A stretch of 64,000 bases of DNA from a virus (IMGVR_UViG_3300026521_000527:72865-136864); one strand, 5' to 3'; counted from the stretch's first letter, positions 1 through 9,707 are shown. The notes: generated by a model not told the origin, from the letters alone. A program made the numbers and translations.

Positions 1-22
1 ACTTTTGCATCAATGACCTTTA

Positions 23-667
23 TCAACTACTTCCGTAGGTATATGATTTATTATATAATTCTTTAAATTTTTTAACCTCTTTGGAGTACGTAAAAAATTT
101 ATCCAGATTTACTGTCTTTGTCACTTTATCGAATTCATAATGCCCTAAACAATAATCATTAATATATCTCGGCTCAAAATTAAACCCATAAGTTATTGAA
201 TCTCCTTGAATTGAAATCTCAGGATGAGTCTCTTTTAACTCTTTTAACACTTCTACCGGAATTACCCTAAATTTTACTACAACTTTGGTTTCATCATTAA
301 ATTTAACGATATCTGGATTTAATAAAATATAATAATCTGCTTCAGTTACTGAAAGACCGGATGGTTTTTTCCTTGGGAGATTCCCAATAGAATTATCTTC
401 TTTATATGTCTCAATAAAAATATTCTTAGATACAAAGCTTGATATTTTAATTTCCAATTTTGTATTATCAGATAATTGAACATCGAACTCTGGTGCAAAT
501 CCTAAAGAATAATACTTAGGTTGAATACCATTGTTTAATAATTGGCAAAATTTCTTCGAGACTAAAGTCTCAAAGAAATAATCCAAGTATTCTTTATCAG
601 ATCTTGTCCAATCAGAAAGAGTTCCAATATTTATTTTTTTATCTTGAGTCCAGTAGAACTCTTTCAT
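23..667 (-). CDS. Putative PD-(D/E)XK-fold nuclease-like phage protein
   Basis: FDV...LEIK motif followed by IFIE...KPSGL..TEADYY. The likely start is ATG at 667 (ATGA overlap with the queD stop), not 706. Confidence 0.5.
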   Translation of the reverse strand: MKEFYWTQDKKINIGTLSDWTRSDKEYLDYFFETLVSKKFCQLLNNGIQPKYYSLGFAPEFDVQLSDNTKLEIKISSFVSKNIFIETYKEDNSIGNLPRKKPSGLSVTEADYYILLNPDIVKFNDETKVVVKFRVIPVEVLKELKETHPEISIQGDSITYGFNFEPRYINDYCLGHYEFDKVTKTVNLDKFFTYSKEVKKFKELYNKSYTYGSS

Positions 668-1272
668 TGCGCAAGAACCTTTACATGACTTTTCGGAGTC
701 TCCCATAACTCAACTCCAGTTACTTTGACATGTTCAAGATCTTTTAATTTATTAGTAGCTATTCTTAGTAACCAGCCAGCAATATTTTCAGAAGTTGGTA
801 TAAAATCGACTAATACTATCCCTTCATATTTTTCTTTTACAGCTTTATCTTTTTCTTCATCGGACTGCAAATCAATACCTAATTTATTCAGATCTGGTAT
901 AAAATATTCATCTATTTTAAATACATTTTTTAACTCATTATCCTCAAATAATCTTGGTAATTCATCTTGCAAAAGAGGATCATTTATGTCAAAAAGCATT
1001 TTGTGATCCAATACATCATCTATAAAATCTTTCATGAACCCAATCATTTTAAAGTCTAAAACCATTCCGGTATCTTTTATATTGTCACCTGGAATTGTCT
1101 CCTCGAGTAAAATCTTTGCTCTATAAGAATGCCCATGAAGATGCCTACAAGCACAGCACGAATCTCCTCTATGAGTATATTTTGTATCAAGAGTTTGACT
1201 CCATACCCTATGTCCAGCTTCCCAGTGAAATTCTTTATCGATGATTGTTTTTGTAGTTTGTATTCTTTGCAT
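664..1272 (-). CDS. queD: 6-carboxy-5,6,7,8-tetrahydropterin synthase (QueD)
   Basis: F.WEAGHR, CRHLHGHSY, GMVLDF, PTSENIA and ELWETP motifs of the 6-PTPS/QueD family. Confidence 0.92.
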   Translation of the reverse strand: MQRIQTTKTIIDKEFHWEAGHRVWSQTLDTKYTHRGDSCCACRHLHGHSYRAKILLEETIPGDNIKDTGMVLDFKMIGFMKDFIDDVLDHKMLFDINDPLLQDELPRLFEDNELKNVFKIDEYFIPDLNKLGIDLQSDEEKDKAVKEKYEGIVLVDFIPTSENIAGWLLRIATNKLKDLEHVKVTGVELWETPKSHVKVLAQ

Positions 1273-1324
1273 AATTTTCCTTTAGCTTTAACTATTTGCT
1301 TTAATATTTTTATATACTGTTTAA

Positions 1325-1358
1325 CTTGGACTAGAGTGATTAATCACTCTAGTCCAAG
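1325..1358. repeat. Perfect 34-bp palindrome, intergenic
   Basis: cttggactagagtgattaatcactctagtccaag is its own reverse complement. Confidence 0.95.
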
Positions 1359-1474
1359 GCTAGTTTAAAAATCTTTTATATTGATAAATTTAAAAACATT
1401 ATGTTGGTTTCTGACTGACTCTTTCTTTTTTGATTTAATTTTAATTAATTTAAAAAATATTTTATTTATGAATT

Positions 1475-2350
1475 TCATGTGTCTCCTTGTGTACTATTGA
1501 ATTCATTTCGAAGTCTACCCGAAATATCAACAATTCTCCTAATTAAAGTAGTTGAATTAAGTATGCCCTTAACTGTATTGACATTCTTTTCCCTAAGTAT
1601 TTTTTGCAGTTGATGATTGAATCTAGAAATTCTCGTAAGTCTAGAAACACTTGTAAAAAATTCATGAATCGAAACCCACCAAAGAAATTTTTCATCTTCG
1701 GTAAAATTAGGATTCACATGTGAGTTTTCAATCAAATATCTCGAATTCCTAAGCAAATTTAAAATTCGATTATACATAAAAGACGATATTACTTCAGTAA
1801 TTGCATCAACTGTATTCTCCACATTTTCAATCGGCTCTGTAAATTCTTTAGAAAAAAACTGAGTGAATTCGGCACTAAAAATTGTAATTCTTGCATCTAT
1901 TCGGTTTGTCAAAATTTGCTCTAATGGGTATAATTTACTTGGCCTTTTAAAATTCGGGCTCAGTACTATTAAACCATCTTCTATAAAAGTAACCAACCAC
2001 TTATGATCTAACCTTAGTAAATTTGACTGCAATTTATTTACAGTCATTATTTTCTTGCCATCGAAAAGCTCTTTATGTTGGTATATATTTTCAAAAACAG
2101 AATCCAGAATGAATTTAACATCTGCTTCATTTGGACCTCCGTATTTGATTTTACCACATCTCCAAGGAGTTAAAACATCAGATAGAACTATCTTAAGCAG
2201 TTTTCTAAAAATTTGCGTATTGTATTTAGACTGAGCAGCTGATCTAAAAGCTATTTTTATTTTGAATTCATTATCTGAATAAAGTGCCTCAATAATCATA
2301 TCAATTAGCTTATCTATTTCTACGCCACTTTCAGTTGCTATTCTACTCAT
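1475..2350 (-). CDS. Hypothetical protein, paralog of 2343-3284
   Basis: 291-aa ORF. It shares KELFDGKKI...NLLRLDHKW...DGLIVLS with the neighbour's KHLFDSKKI...NLLIIDNKL...SGLLEIS. Confidence 0.75.
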   Translation of the reverse strand: MSRIATESGVEIDKLIDMIIEALYSDNEFKIKIAFRSAAQSKYNTQIFRKLLKIVLSDVLTPWRCGKIKYGGPNEADVKFILDSVFENIYQHKELFDGKKIMTVNKLQSNLLRLDHKWLVTFIEDGLIVLSPNFKRPSKLYPLEQILTNRIDARITIFSAEFTQFFSKEFTEPIENVENTVDAITEVISSFMYNRILNLLRNSRYLIENSHVNPNFTEDEKFLWWVSIHEFFTSVSRLTRISRFNHQLQKILREKNVNTVKGILNSTTLIRRIVDISGRLRNEFNSTQGDT

Positions 2351-3284
2351 TCATATCCTTTTCTTTAAAACTTTTAAAATTCAAATCTTCTTTTGTATAT
2401 TTTAACATTGATTCAGCAACTAGAGAATTCAATTCTATTAAATTTTCTGTTAATGTTTCCGGGCTGTCTTTTATTGGACTTCGATCAATTAAAAAAGTAG
2501 TTCTAAATAACCGTTGAATTTTTTTATACCCCAAAAAATTATTTAAAAACTTCTGTCGATGTAAAAATATATGAGTACCGGCCTGTTTTTTTTCTAGGAT
2601 CATTATATCTTTTGATAGATATATATCTCTAAAAAGTGATATATTTTCATTAGTATTATTTATAAAATTTAAAATAATATCTTTTACTTCATTGAATGTG
2701 TAAATTGCGTCTCTCCCAGTTGGTCCACCGAAATTAATAAACCCAAAATCATAAAATATTTGATTTAGATTTGCAGCCATACCGCCGGTTGATGTTGCCA
2801 AATCATCTGTCTTTTTTGATCCACCATAAATTGAAAACTTTTGGCTAATTTCGAGCAATCCACTATCAAGCATTTCTCTAAGAAGTTTATTATCAATAAT
2901 CAATAAATTATTTCCTGGAGAGTCGAAAGTTGTAATTTTTTTACTATCGAATAAATGTTTTCTGGAAAGAACTTCTGCAGCAATAGTATTTACAACTAAT
3001 TGCTCATTTTTAAATTTTTCAATAGGCGTCCAAGTATTTGGTAAATTATCAACTTGCGCATTTGAATTTACTACAAACTTTTTAAGAGCTTCTCTAATTG
3101 TCGTTCTTTTTAAAGTCAAAAGTTTAAAAAGTTTTCTAAGGATTTTTGTAGCGTGTTTTGACGAGGTAATCTTTTTAAAAGCCATTTTAATTCCAAGAAC
3201 TTCACCTCTTAATAGTGAAGTTGATACTAAAAGAAGAAGTTCATCTTCAGTTGGCTCCATTGTTGATTGGCTAATTGTACTCAT
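2343..3284 (-). CDS. Hypothetical protein, paralog of 1475-2350
   Basis: 313-aa ORF with an RBS and an overlap with the downstream gene; shared block as described for 1475-2350. Confidence 0.75.
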   Translation of the reverse strand: MSTISQSTMEPTEDELLLLVSTSLLRGEVLGIKMAFKKITSSKHATKILRKLFKLLTLKRTTIREALKKFVVNSNAQVDNLPNTWTPIEKFKNEQLVVNTIAAEVLSRKHLFDSKKITTFDSPGNNLLIIDNKLLREMLDSGLLEISQKFSIYGGSKKTDDLATSTGGMAANLNQIFYDFGFINFGGPTGRDAIYTFNEVKDIILNFINNTNENISLFRDIYLSKDIMILEKKQAGTHIFLHRQKFLNNFLGYKKIQRLFRTTFLIDRSPIKDSPETLTENLIELNSLVAESMLKYTKEDLNFKSFKEKDMNE

Positions 3285-3302
3285 GTTTATCCTTTGATTA
3301 AT

Positions 3303-4526
3303 TTACTCTATAATTCCGTTTTTAATGCCAGATCCATCATAATAAGATGAAATGATTTTTTTAACTTCATTATGAATTTCAAATGTTTCTGTTGCAACAT
3401 CACTCTTTAAAATTTTTAGAAGACGTTTGATTAAAGTTAGATTATTAACCATTTCATTCGCTAGTCGACCTAGATTAAATACTGGACTATATCTTTTAAA
3501 GTCATCAGATGTCCAATTCATTAATTCTTCCAATTCGATATTGTCTACAAGTTCATCTGCGAAATGCATAACACTTTTTATATTCAATGAAATTATTTCG
3601 ACAAATGTTTGATTTGAAACATTTCCTTGAATTAACTCATTCTTGAATTCATTAATTTCGTCTTCTGTTAAACTATCAAACTCACTATGATGTTCAATCA
3701 TTTTTGTCATTTCATTTAAATCATTTATCACATCAAATGACATATCTGTTTTCAATACCATTGGTGTTTTATATTTTATCGGACTAAATCGAATAACCTC
3801 TGAACTATCCATAGTAATTTCTATATCAAAAAGTTTTTCGAGTATTCTTCCAGTAATTAAAGCAACTCTTGAACTCTGACCAAGCATATGTATATGTTTC
3901 GGTTTTATTCCTTTTTTCTGCAAATATGTCATTAACCAGATTGTCATTGGCACGAAATGATTAAAATGAACTCTAGTTTCAGACTTTAATCCAACCAGGC
4001 CGCCGAATGAATACCTATCAAAATATTTATAACATTCGGTTGAATCCATTAATTGAAGCCAATCGTCGAGTAATTCTGGTGTCCTACTCTGAACGACAAA
4101 AATCTGTTTATCTCTAAGTTCAGAATATTTTTTATGCAATAAAATACTTTCAGTTATACTGTACTCATTGTACTTTAAAATTTTTGATTTATTAAACTTA
4201 GGATTATTTATATCCAGAGTAAAAATATAATCAATATTGCCCCTAAATTTTTCAAGAATAAAATGATAAACATCAGTGTATTCTCTTAATCTTCTTTCTG
4301 TTATATGACCAGTAATTATCTGATATCCACCACTATCCAAATATAATTTCATATTCGGTAATCGTTTGACTTCAATTTTATTCATCTGGCGGGCAATATC
4401 TTGTAAACTCCAACCACGAGCTGTGGTTGGTTCGGCTATCGAAACTAGATAATCATCAAAATGATGAACAACTGGTTTTATAGTTGATTCGGAAGGTGCG
4501 ACACCAAGAACTGCAACATATTTCAT
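3303..4526 (-). CDS. dpdA: DpdA-like DNA 7-deazaguanine transglycosylase (TGT fold)
   Basis: LDSGGYQ, TLDI, SFGGLV, HIHMLG and TMDSS motifs of the TGT/DpdA barrel. queC, queD and queE lie in the same window. Confidence 0.8.
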   Translation of the reverse strand: MKYVAVLGVAPSESTIKPVVHHFDDYLVSIAEPTTARGWSLQDIARQMNKIEVKRLPNMKLYLDSGGYQIITGHITERRLREYTDVYHFILEKFRGNIDYIFTLDINNPKFNKSKILKYNEYSITESILLHKKYSELRDKQIFVVQSRTPELLDDWLQLMDSTECYKYFDRYSFGGLVGLKSETRVHFNHFVPMTIWLMTYLQKKGIKPKHIHMLGQSSRVALITGRILEKLFDIEITMDSSEVIRFSPIKYKTPMVLKTDMSFDVINDLNEMTKMIEHHSEFDSLTEDEINEFKNELIQGNVSNQTFVEIISLNIKSVMHFADELVDNIELEELMNWTSDDFKRYSPVFNLGRLANEMVNNLTLIKRLLKILKSDVATETFEIHNEVKKIISSYYDGSGIKNGIIE

Positions 4527-4952
4527 TTAGATCCTTTCATTATCCCAAACTAAAGTTTTAATTTGAAATCTTTTTAAAATATTATTAAAAATATTATAGA
4601 ACTCTCTATCAACACTTATCTCTATTATTTCCTCATCAGAACCTCCGGATAAAATTTTTAAAGTTACTTTGTGTTCAAAAACAACCTTTACCGCAATTGA
4701 TTTAATTATATCAATCGCTTGTTTTATTTCATCATCATTTATAAGTACAGAAATATCTGTTTTTTCCCACGGCCATTTTTCTTCATTAATAAAAATCAAA
4801 CCACCTTTTGAATATCCAAGAAATCCTTTTAATTCCTGAGTTGAATGTCTCTGTAGATTAAAATTTTTATCAACTATAAGAATATCATTAATTATAAAAG
4901 GAACTAGATTATTTTTTATAGTTCCTTGATCGCACTCTTTAAATTCTTGCAA
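4527..4952 (-). CDS. Hypothetical protein
   Basis: 141-aa ORF with a TTG start after AAGGAG, abutting dpdA. Confidence 0.65.
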   Translation of the reverse strand: MQEFKECDQGTIKNNLVPFIINDILIVDKNFNLQRHSTQELKGFLGYSKGGLIFINEEKWPWEKTDISVLINDDEIKQAIDIIKSIAVKVVFEHKVTLKILSGGSDEEIIEISVDREFYNIFNNILKRFQIKTLVWDNERI

Positions 4953-4966
4953 ATATATTCTCCTTT

Positions 4967-6514
4967 TTATTTTACTAATAAACCTTCTTCAAGAGATATC
5001 TGAATACCTTGAACACCTTTTAATGGAATACCACCTTGTGTCATAATCCAAAAACTAAATACATTTTTAAAGATTTCAGCATTATACACCTGTTCGATAT
5101 CACTATAGTTATCACTGAATGATAAATATGTAAATTTTAATTTAGGATGTTTTTCTTTAATATCGAGAATTGCATCAAAAACTTCTTTATGACTTGTACC
5201 TCCACAAGCAATCCTTTTTTGAATAAATTCAGAGATACTTAATTTATCATTCTTTTGGAATCTTTTAATTTCAGCAATTTTATGATCATGAATAATTATA
5301 TCAACGAACACTGTTTTTTCAACAAGTTCATTAATTACGAAATTTATTTTTTTAAGATCAGAATCAGACATTGAGCCACTTTGATCTATCGATATTATCG
5401 CAGCAAGATTATCCTCATAATAAATTCTACCAGGCATTGGTGAAATATGTCTAAATTTAGATTTTAATTTCCCCCAGGTTTGATCACTCTTATTCGTATG
5501 GTGTCTTACTAAAGCCTGCAAGCTTCCTTTTAATAAATGAAACCAGTCAACTGGAACTTCGTAATCAACACCAAGATCTCTAAGGGTTCCAGATGAACTG
5601 GAACCAGGTTCTCTTGTTTTATCTAAAAGATCTTTATATGCCCTCTCAAGCATCTCTTTAGCCTCGTTATCAATGTTCTCACCGTTTGATCCATTTAAAT
5701 CATCTTCATTTTCACCAAAATTCGGTTTTCCTTCAAGTTCAAGAAGGGTTGAAGTATTCCCCATAACTGTAATTTTCGTCATCGTACCTAAACCGTCTAT
5801 TTTGGTACACTCGATTTCAGCATCTTTTAAAATACTTTCAAGAATTTCGACTTGTGATAATTTATTTGGAGATAAATTTTTATCGTAGAGTCCATTGAAG
5901 TTTTCATTATATAATGAAAACATATGACCTTGTCGCGCTTGTTCAATTAAGTAACCATTAATATAATAATCAAAAGCGTAATTAAGAATTTGATGCATGG
6001 CTTTTTCCGGAATATCAGGACGCACTCTTTTTATGACTTTTTTATATTTAATATTTAAATAAAAATCATAATGTCTGTTCATAATATGTAGAGTTTCATG
6101 TAAATATATAAAAGCAACTTGCGCAGTAACTTTTTGACTATATAGCGCAATTTTAAAAAAATCATCCCAGGATTCATCTTCTTTTTTAGATAATGTTATG
6201 TTTACAACTAACTCATTTGATTTATTTTTATCAGTTTCTGCTTTGATAAATCCACCAATCCTAAAATCATCATAATCAAAATTTTTATTTTGAGAAATAT
6301 GTTTTGGGTTTTTTTCAAATGCTTCCTGCATCTGAGCAAGTTCTGCGTTTGAAGTCTCGTGAAATTCAAATTTCACTGGCATCAACATCAATAACTCAAG
6401 CAAATCTGGATTGCTTGAGTATGCTGATTTCATAATAGGGACTGATTTTACCATCAGTCTACTAGTCATTGCGCTATATTTTTTAATTAATTTATATTGG
6501 TCTTCCGATATCAT
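4967..6514 (-). CDS. Metallopeptidase-like (HExxH) plus VWA domain protein (DUF2201-like)
   Basis: YLHETLH in the N-terminal half, MIDAS DQSGSMS and GGT in the C-terminal half; adjacent to a MoxR-type AAA gene. Confidence 0.8.
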   Translation of the reverse strand: MISEDQYKLIKKYSAMTSRLMVKSVPIMKSAYSSNPDLLELLMLMPVKFEFHETSNAELAQMQEAFEKNPKHISQNKNFDYDDFRIGGFIKAETDKNKSNELVVNITLSKKEDESWDDFFKIALYSQKVTAQVAFIYLHETLHIMNRHYDFYLNIKYKKVIKRVRPDIPEKAMHQILNYAFDYYINGYLIEQARQGHMFSLYNENFNGLYDKNLSPNKLSQVEILESILKDAEIECTKIDGLGTMTKITVMGNTSTLLELEGKPNFGENEDDLNGSNGENIDNEAKEMLERAYKDLLDKTREPGSSSSGTLRDLGVDYEVPVDWFHLLKGSLQALVRHHTNKSDQTWGKLKSKFRHISPMPGRIYYEDNLAAIISIDQSGSMSDSDLKKINFVINELVEKTVFVDIIIHDHKIAEIKRFQKNDKLSISEFIQKRIACGGTSHKEVFDAILDIKEKHPKLKFTYLSFSDNYSDIEQVYNAEIFKNVFSFWIMTQGGIPLKGVQGIQISLEEGLLVK

Positions 6515-6524
6515 TTTAAATCCT

Positions 6525-7712
6525 TTACATTAAATCAGTCATTGATGAGCAAATTAAATCAATAAGTTCATTGTCATCAGAATCCATTAATAAGGATGCG
6601 AGTTCCTCAACAGGTTCTTTTATTGGATGATCTTGATTTTTATTAACCATTGTGTTTAAAATATTGTATTCATTAAGAAGAGTAGATACAAATGTTCTTT
6701 TATCTTTATTTGCATTGATTAAATCCAAAATAAATTTTGCATCTTTTTTAGTATTCATATACCTAATTACAAATCCTGTTAAAATTTGCTCTGTTAAATC
6801 ATCACTAACTTCAAATACTTCACCTTTTTTTATCTTAGCGCTAAAATTATATTTTTGAAATAGCTTTGAGTGTTTTATAAACTCTCTTGTTGCTTCATCA
6901 CCCACTCTAGATGCACTTGCAATCCTAGTCATTCTTAAGAACTCATCTTCATCTCTTGCATTTTCTTCAAGAACTTCCAAGAATGTACTTAACTCAGTCC
7001 ACGATCTTGGAGATGGCGAAACGGTATCCATCTCATTTGCACCTAATAATAAATTCATATTTGAATTATCTTTGGTAAATGATGCTATAAGTGGATGCAA
7101 AGTTGCTCCAATTTTATCATACCAATAATCTCTATCAAATTTAGCTGAATAAATACTCATTCTATCAAGGACTGCTTCATTAAATCCTTCAAAGCCAGCA
7201 CTTGAACTTATATTCATAGCCGCAACCAAATAAGCCTTTTCGGGTAATCTAAAATTCTGAAGTGTTTTATTCTGGAAAAATTCAAATAAATACTTTTGAG
7301 TATACGGTTCAACTAGATGTAAATCATCTAAAAGAATTATCAAACCATCTTTTCCATTTGCAAGAGCATGTTCAGTTTTAAGCATTATAATTCTTACAAT
7401 ATCAGACATTGTCCATTCAGTAACTTTGACTTCATCTAATTCAATTAATGAAATATCTTTATTGATTTTAATTTTATTAAAATCAGGAAGACCTGAGAAC
7501 CATTCCATTGGTAGCGCACCAAGTGACATAATTAAACAATCTGTATTCATTTCTTCAGCTAGAGCTTTTATTGAAGCACTTTTACCAATTCCTGGATCAC
7601 CTGCAATTGCTGGTACTAGATTGCTTTTTTTACTAGCTTGCGCAATAATCTCAAAACGCATAAGCTCCATAACTTCTCTTAAAAAATAATTTTGCCCTTT
7701 AAATTGTGCCAT
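6525..7712 (-). CDS. MoxR/dynein-related AAA+ ATPase
   Basis: Walker A GDPGIGKS, Walker B LLDD, AAMN, AVLDR and SPRSW. Confidence 0.85.
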   Translation of the reverse strand: MAQFKGQNYFLREVMELMRFEIIAQASKKSNLVPAIAGDPGIGKSASIKALAEEMNTDCLIMSLGALPMEWFSGLPDFNKIKINKDISLIELDEVKVTEWTMSDIVRIIMLKTEHALANGKDGLIILLDDLHLVEPYTQKYLFEFFQNKTLQNFRLPEKAYLVAAMNISSSAGFEGFNEAVLDRMSIYSAKFDRDYWYDKIGATLHPLIASFTKDNSNMNLLLGANEMDTVSPSPRSWTELSTFLEVLEENARDEDEFLRMTRIASASRVGDEATREFIKHSKLFQKYNFSAKIKKGEVFEVSDDLTEQILTGFVIRYMNTKKDAKFILDLINANKDKRTFVSTLLNEYNILNTMVNKNQDHPIKEPVEELASLLMDSDDNELIDLICSSMTDLM

Positions 7713-7787
7713 TATATATTCCTTTTATTTTTTTGATTTTAATTTTATTATAATAAGTTTATGGGTTGTAGTCTTTTCAAAGAGTTC

Positions 7788-7809
7788 GGAAATGATTAAA
7801 ATCATTTCC
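7788..7809. repeat. Inverted repeat, 10-bp stem, 2-nt loop
   Basis: ggaaatgatt-aa-aatcatttcc. Confidence 0.8.
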
Positions 7810-7836
7810 CTTTATCTAGTCAATTAAAAATTGACT

Positions 7837-7860
7837 AGAGTTATGTTCCAACATAACTCT
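7837..7860. repeat. Inverted repeat, 11-bp stem, 2-nt loop; matches a spacer of the terminal array
   Basis: agagttatgtt-cc-aacataactct; 23 bp are identical to 63853-63875. Confidence 0.9.
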
Positions 7861-7865
7861 TTGAA

Positions 7866-8108
7866 TTAATTTTTATGTAGATCTTTTACAAAGACACCTT
7901 TATTCGATTTCCACCAGACTATTAGTCCAAAAATCATCCCGATTGAAACCGTAATAATTCCAAAATAATCCTCTTGTTTTAATGCCAAAACTAACCACAT
8001 ACAATCAGCTATAAAGTATAAAAAAACTGATTTTAGTAAATCGCCTTTATTTAAAAAATAAGCACCTAGTATTAAAAATATTCCACCTATAGTAGCTGGC
8101 TCAATCAT
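7866..8108 (-). CDS. Small membrane protein (about 3 TM helices)
   Basis: 80 aa with three hydrophobic stretches. Confidence 0.7.
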   Translation of the reverse strand: MIEPATIGGIFLILGAYFLNKGDLLKSVFLYFIADCMWLVLALKQEDYFGIITVSIGMIFGLIVWWKSNKGVFVKDLHKN

Positions 8109-8572
8109 AGTGTTTTTTCCAACTCTAAAGTGTTTAATGACCCTATAATGAAATCTAATTTTTCATCAATTGTTTTTTGACGCTGTTCTATTTTATCAAT
8201 TTTAATATTTATTGATTCGATATCAGTTCTTGTCCTTGATAGATTGCCCATCTGTTCAGTAGCTATGCCTCGTAGATGTGCAATAGACCTATGCAAACTA
8301 TCTAATGAATTATCAATTCTGGCTGGATTTAATTCGGATGTTCGTTGATAATAATCGGCTCTAGCTTGAGCTGATGACATTTCTTCACATAATCCACCCC
8401 ACATATTCATATACCTTCTTGAATTATATTGATTATTTATCATTTCATTGATATTGTCAAGAGTCACACTTGTAGTTTCTTCAGATTGATTATCTTCAGT
8501 TACTTGTGTTTCTTCAGATTGATTATAACCCAAATCATCAAGTGTTATTGTATTGGCTGATAAACCTCTCAT
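8105..8572 (-). CDS. Hypothetical coiled-coil protein
   Basis: Likely start MRGLS at 8572 after AGGAG; NQSEET duplication; heptad-like C-terminus. Confidence 0.65.
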   Translation of the reverse strand: MRGLSANTITLDDLGYNQSEETQVTEDNQSEETTSVTLDNINEMINNQYNSRRYMNMWGGLCEEMSSAQARADYYQRTSELNPARIDNSLDSLHRSIAHLRGIATEQMGNLSRTRTDIESINIKIDKIEQRQKTIDEKLDFIIGSLNTLELEKTL

Positions 8573-8606
8573 ATTTTCTCCTATAAAAATTAAGCACAGA
8601 AGGTGC

Positions 8607-8693
8607 AGGCTATGTTGGTTCAAGATATGTTGGTTTATAAACCAACATATCTTCCGAAGGAATAAAATTCCTTGTTATAAACCAACATAGCCT
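8607..8693. repeat. Nested inverted repeats (multi-branch hairpin)
   Basis: A 14-bp outer stem (aggctatgttggtt/aaccaacatagcct) encloses a 32-bp perfect palindrome (8622-8653) and an aaggaat/attcctt hairpin. Confidence 0.9.
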
Positions 8694-9263
8694 CTAAATT
8701 TTATTATTATTTTCTGCTTTAAATTTCGCTTTCTGTGTTTCATCAGCCAATGTTTTTAATTGACCGGCCAATCCTATCGCATGCCATTTTTCAAGAGCTA
8801 AAGTAATTTTAGCATTACCTTTATATGATAAAAATATTTTAATTTTATTATTATTACCCATTGCTGCGCCGACGGAAACCTGTTTAGTTTGACCTTGGCC
8901 TGCTGCAGTTCCTGCAAATTTTGAACTATCAGTAAATACCATAAAATCACATTTTTGATAAACAGCAGCTTGTATTAGTGCCTCACTAAGCGCATATAAA
9001 TCACGGATACTTATTTTTTGAGTTTCTTTTCTTGATTGATCATAAGTCCTTCCAGATGCTTTTGATTGATCAGGAACTCCAGGTACAAACATTAAAAAAG
9101 CATTCGCTGTAGGAAATTCTTTTGCTTTATCAATAAAACCAGTTGCTTCAAATAATTGAGTTGCTGGAAAATTAACTCTACCAACGACTTCAATTGAAGA
9201 AGCTTGTGGTGCTTGTGGTGCTTGTGGTGCTTGTGGTGCTTGTGGTGCTTGTGGTGTATTCAT
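8694..9263 (-). CDS. Putative Whirly/PC4-like ssDNA-binding protein with N-terminal (PQA)6
   Basis: GRTYDQSRKETQKISIRD, CDFMVFTDSSK, KQVSV, IFLSY and ITLALEKWH resemble the Whirly motif series (by-eye comparison). Confidence 0.4.
   Translation of the reverse strand: MNTPQAPQAPQAPQAPQAPQASSIEVVGRVNFPATQLFEATGFIDKAKEFPTANAFLMFVPGVPDQSKASGRTYDQSRKETQKISIRDLYALSEALIQAAVYQKCDFMVFTDSSKFAGTAAGQGQTKQVSVGAAMGNNNKIKIFLSYKGNAKITLALEKWHAIGLAGQLKTLADETQKAKFKAENNNKI
9202..9255. repeat. 9-bp tandem repeat x6 encoding (PQA)6
   Basis: gcttgtggt x6. Confidence 0.95.
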
Positions 9264-9275
9264 ATTAATCTCCTG

Positions 9276-9707
9276 TTAAAATAAATCATCAGCTGACACA
9301 TCATCATCAACTGATAGTCCAAAATCATCTTGTGATTCATCTTCAAACATTTCGCCAAGAACTGAGTGCCCAGTCACTTTACTCATATAAATTCTTGGCT
9401 TATCATCCTTAAATTTATCTATATATTTTTCTAAATCCTCAAGGAACATTTCTTTTGATTCTTGTATTAATTTATCTCCTTCTATTGTATTTGGGATTGG
9501 TAGTGTTACATATTTATAATCTAATTTATCCGCCATTTTATTGAGTAGACCAAGACTTGGTCTACTCTTTCGACCAAGCATAAAAAATCTATAACCCGAA
9601 TAATTAGAAGGTAACCCAATATCTTTTAAGAATTTGGCACCGACTGGAATCTTTTCGAAAATTTTCTTTAATGAATGAAGAAAATGATCATCTATTATAA
9701 TACTCAT
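9276..9707 (-). CDS. Putative HTH (XRE-like) DNA-binding protein
   Basis: RPSLGLLNKMADKLD resembles the XRE helix 4-5 pattern; acidic tail. Confidence 0.4.
   Translation of the reverse strand: MSIIIDDHFLHSLKKIFEKIPVGAKFLKDIGLPSNYSGYRFFMLGRKSRPSLGLLNKMADKLDYKYVTLPIPNTIEGDKLIQESKEMFLEDLEKYIDKFKDDKPRIYMSKVTGHSVLGEMFEDESQDDFGLSVDDDVSADDLF

Noticed and set aside
3303-4526. tRNA-guanine transglycosylase (tgt)
   Set aside because: It lacks the C-terminal CxCxxC..H Zn site of bacterial TGT, and the phage context with Gat-QueC favours DNA-acting DpdA.
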